Below are positions 62,250-64,000 of a stretch of 64,000 bases of DNA, one piece after another (within the stretch, counting starts at the first letter, position 1; every line of letters begins with the position of its first letter). The DNA lies in NCBI RefSeq assembly GCF_031769215.1, contig NW_026781961.1:682001-746000 (forward strand), in the 5' to 3' direction. Under the pieces are notes generated by a model. The model saw only the letters and a program-made list of their open reading frames with translations. It did no database searches and was not told the origin of the DNA. The DNA is from Ylistrum balloti (taxonomy: Eukaryota). The position numbers and the translations under genes are program-made.

Positions 62250-63220
62250 ACAAGAGCTCAAGGGGCCGCATCACTCGCCTGGCTAAACAAGCTACTCCGC
62301 CATTTAATAAGTGATTTCAAATATAACGAACAATTTCTCATATAAATTCCCTATTGGTTTCCAGCCTTGTGGTCTAACAGAAATCTGATTCACTATTGAT
62401 AAAAATTACTTAAGTTTAAACTTCTACAATATTCTTGTATGGAAGTATGGAAGAAGGATTTTTTAAGAACTTACATTTTCCCAGTAAGGCCCACCCCCTC
62501 CCCCTAGGGGGCCAAGATACACCTTTAAAACAGAACTGATTCCCCTTCAACTAAGAACACTTCACACCAAATTTGGGCAAAATCCAATCATTTCTACAAT
62601 GGGTAATCTACCCAGGCAATGAGAAGAAATAACATTTTGAAGCAAAATATTAACTAACTTCTCCTTTTGGAGCCCTGTCCCTAAATCCCTAGCTGTCCAA
62701 TCAACTTTCTTAATTTAAGAAATGATATGTCACTCTCAAATATCGACTAACTTCCCCATTTCGGGCCCCACTTGCTCTAAGATTCCTCAGGGTCAAATCA
62801 ACTTTCTGAATTTACCAATTATTTGCCAACCCCTACTGATATTACAGGCAAAATTTGAATGAAATCCATTCTAGCATTAAGGATTAAGGAAGAGTAGAAT
62901 TTTGAAGTAAAATATCCTCTAATTTCCCTTCTTTGGGCCCTGCCCTCAAGTCCCTAAGGGTCCATTCAAATTGTCTAACTACACTTTTGGGCCCCATCCC
63001 CAGGTCCCTAGGGGTCAAATCAAATTTCAGAATTAAAAAATGATCCCTCACTCCAAATGATGTTTCAGACCTAATTTGGTTGAAATCCACCAAGGCATTA
63101 AACAGGAGTAGCATTTTAAAAGAAAAGTTTACGGATGGCAAACGGCGGAAAGCACATGGCTCACGACAACAGACAATGCACGATGGCAGGTTATTTTGAC
63201 CTTTTGGGTTAGATGACATT
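62250..63220 (-). mobile_element. HINE-like element (minus strand) with ~160-bp internal repeats
   Basis: The 3' hairpin end appears as ACAAGAGCTCAAGGGGCCGCATCACTCGCCTG at 62250. The 5' end appears as GGTTATTTTGACCTTTTGGGTTAGATGAC at ~63188-63218, next to a GACGG/GACAAC microsatellite-like tract. Confidence 0.6.
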
Positions 63221-64000
63221 ACAAGAGGGCCATGGCCCTTAACGGTCATCTGACAATAAACCAATGGATGGAAAAACCACAGAATTCACTGATGGTTGTT
63301 GGACAAATCTGATGAATTCAAATTTTGAACATTCCTTGGAAGTACCAGAAACTCATAAATGGTAGGTTCTGTTCATGAAAAACCGTTGAATAATCATGTT
63401 ACAAAATGGCTACTATGGTTACCATGTTGACTCAAAAGTAACAACAAATCATCTCTTTCTTTTCTTTAAAAAAATCAAATTCCAAATATTTTTCTCATTT
63501 GTCGTGAATGAAACTTGAGAAGTAGTTCAGACTATTTGTTCTAGATGAGTTATGTTACATATTGGACCAAAATATAAAAATAAGATTTGGTCAGGACAAT
63601 CTCAGGATCATTTCATGTATGTTTGATAACATTGCCACTCCCTGATAATGTTTCAGACCAAATCGGGTTGAAATCTACACAGGCCTTAAGGAGTAGCATT
63701 TTGAAGCAAAATATTGTCTAACTTCCTCTTTTGGAGCCCGCCCCCAAGTCTCTAGGGGTCGAATCACCTTTCTGAATATAAGAAATGATTCACCACCCAC
63801 AATGATGTTTTGTACTATACAAAAAAGCCTTATGGAAGAGTAGCATTTTCAATGCAAATTATTGTGAAACTTCCTCATTTGGGGCCCCAATTGCCACCTG
63901 GTCCCTCGGGGTCGAATCAACTTTCTGAATTTAAGAAATGATTCTCCACCCACAATGATGTTTTGCACCAAATTTGGTTGAAATCTACTCAGGCATTAAG
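63221..64000 (-). mobile_element. Second HINE-like element abutting the first, running off the window
   Basis: ACAAGAGGGCCATGGCCCTTAACGGTCATCTGAC at 63221 is the reverse complement of a 3' hairpin end. The same ~160-bp repeat family continues to 64000. Confidence 0.55.

Overview
This is animal genomic DNA, most likely a bivalve mollusc (inferred from the spliceosomal introns and the bivalve-type Helentron-associated repeats). Most ORFs in the supplied track are artefacts of tandem repeats. Four genes can be reconstructed by hand: (1) the 3' part of a type-I transmembrane mucin-like gene (+, <3..4316) with about 77 copies of a 16-aa repeat, nearly all carrying an N-glycosylation sequon; (2) RPS4 (-, 6 exons) with two intronic SNORA16-like H/ACA snoRNAs; (3) MTF1 (+, 10 exons, 683 aa, six C2H2 fingers), head-to-head with RPS4; (4) a divergent Na/K-ATPase beta-like gene (+, 5 exons, 331 aa). 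Mobile DNA includes a P/hAT-like non-autonomous element containing a nested Academ-like (XPG-nuclease) element, a Penelope-like RT relic, a FLYWCH-MULE transposase pseudogene inside a minisatellite, and several Helentron-associated elements. More than 20 minisatellite families are present. The most unusual observation is that several minisatellites start exactly at splice donors. In MTF1 one of them repeats the zinc-finger-5 exon end and donor about 60 times, and the first two extra donors are in frame and would insert His-rich 12-aa units between fingers 5 and 6. Another MTF1 intronic array is a phased cluster of 19 perfect AP-1 sites. All coordinates and alignments were done by eye, and family assignments are recalled rather than searched.
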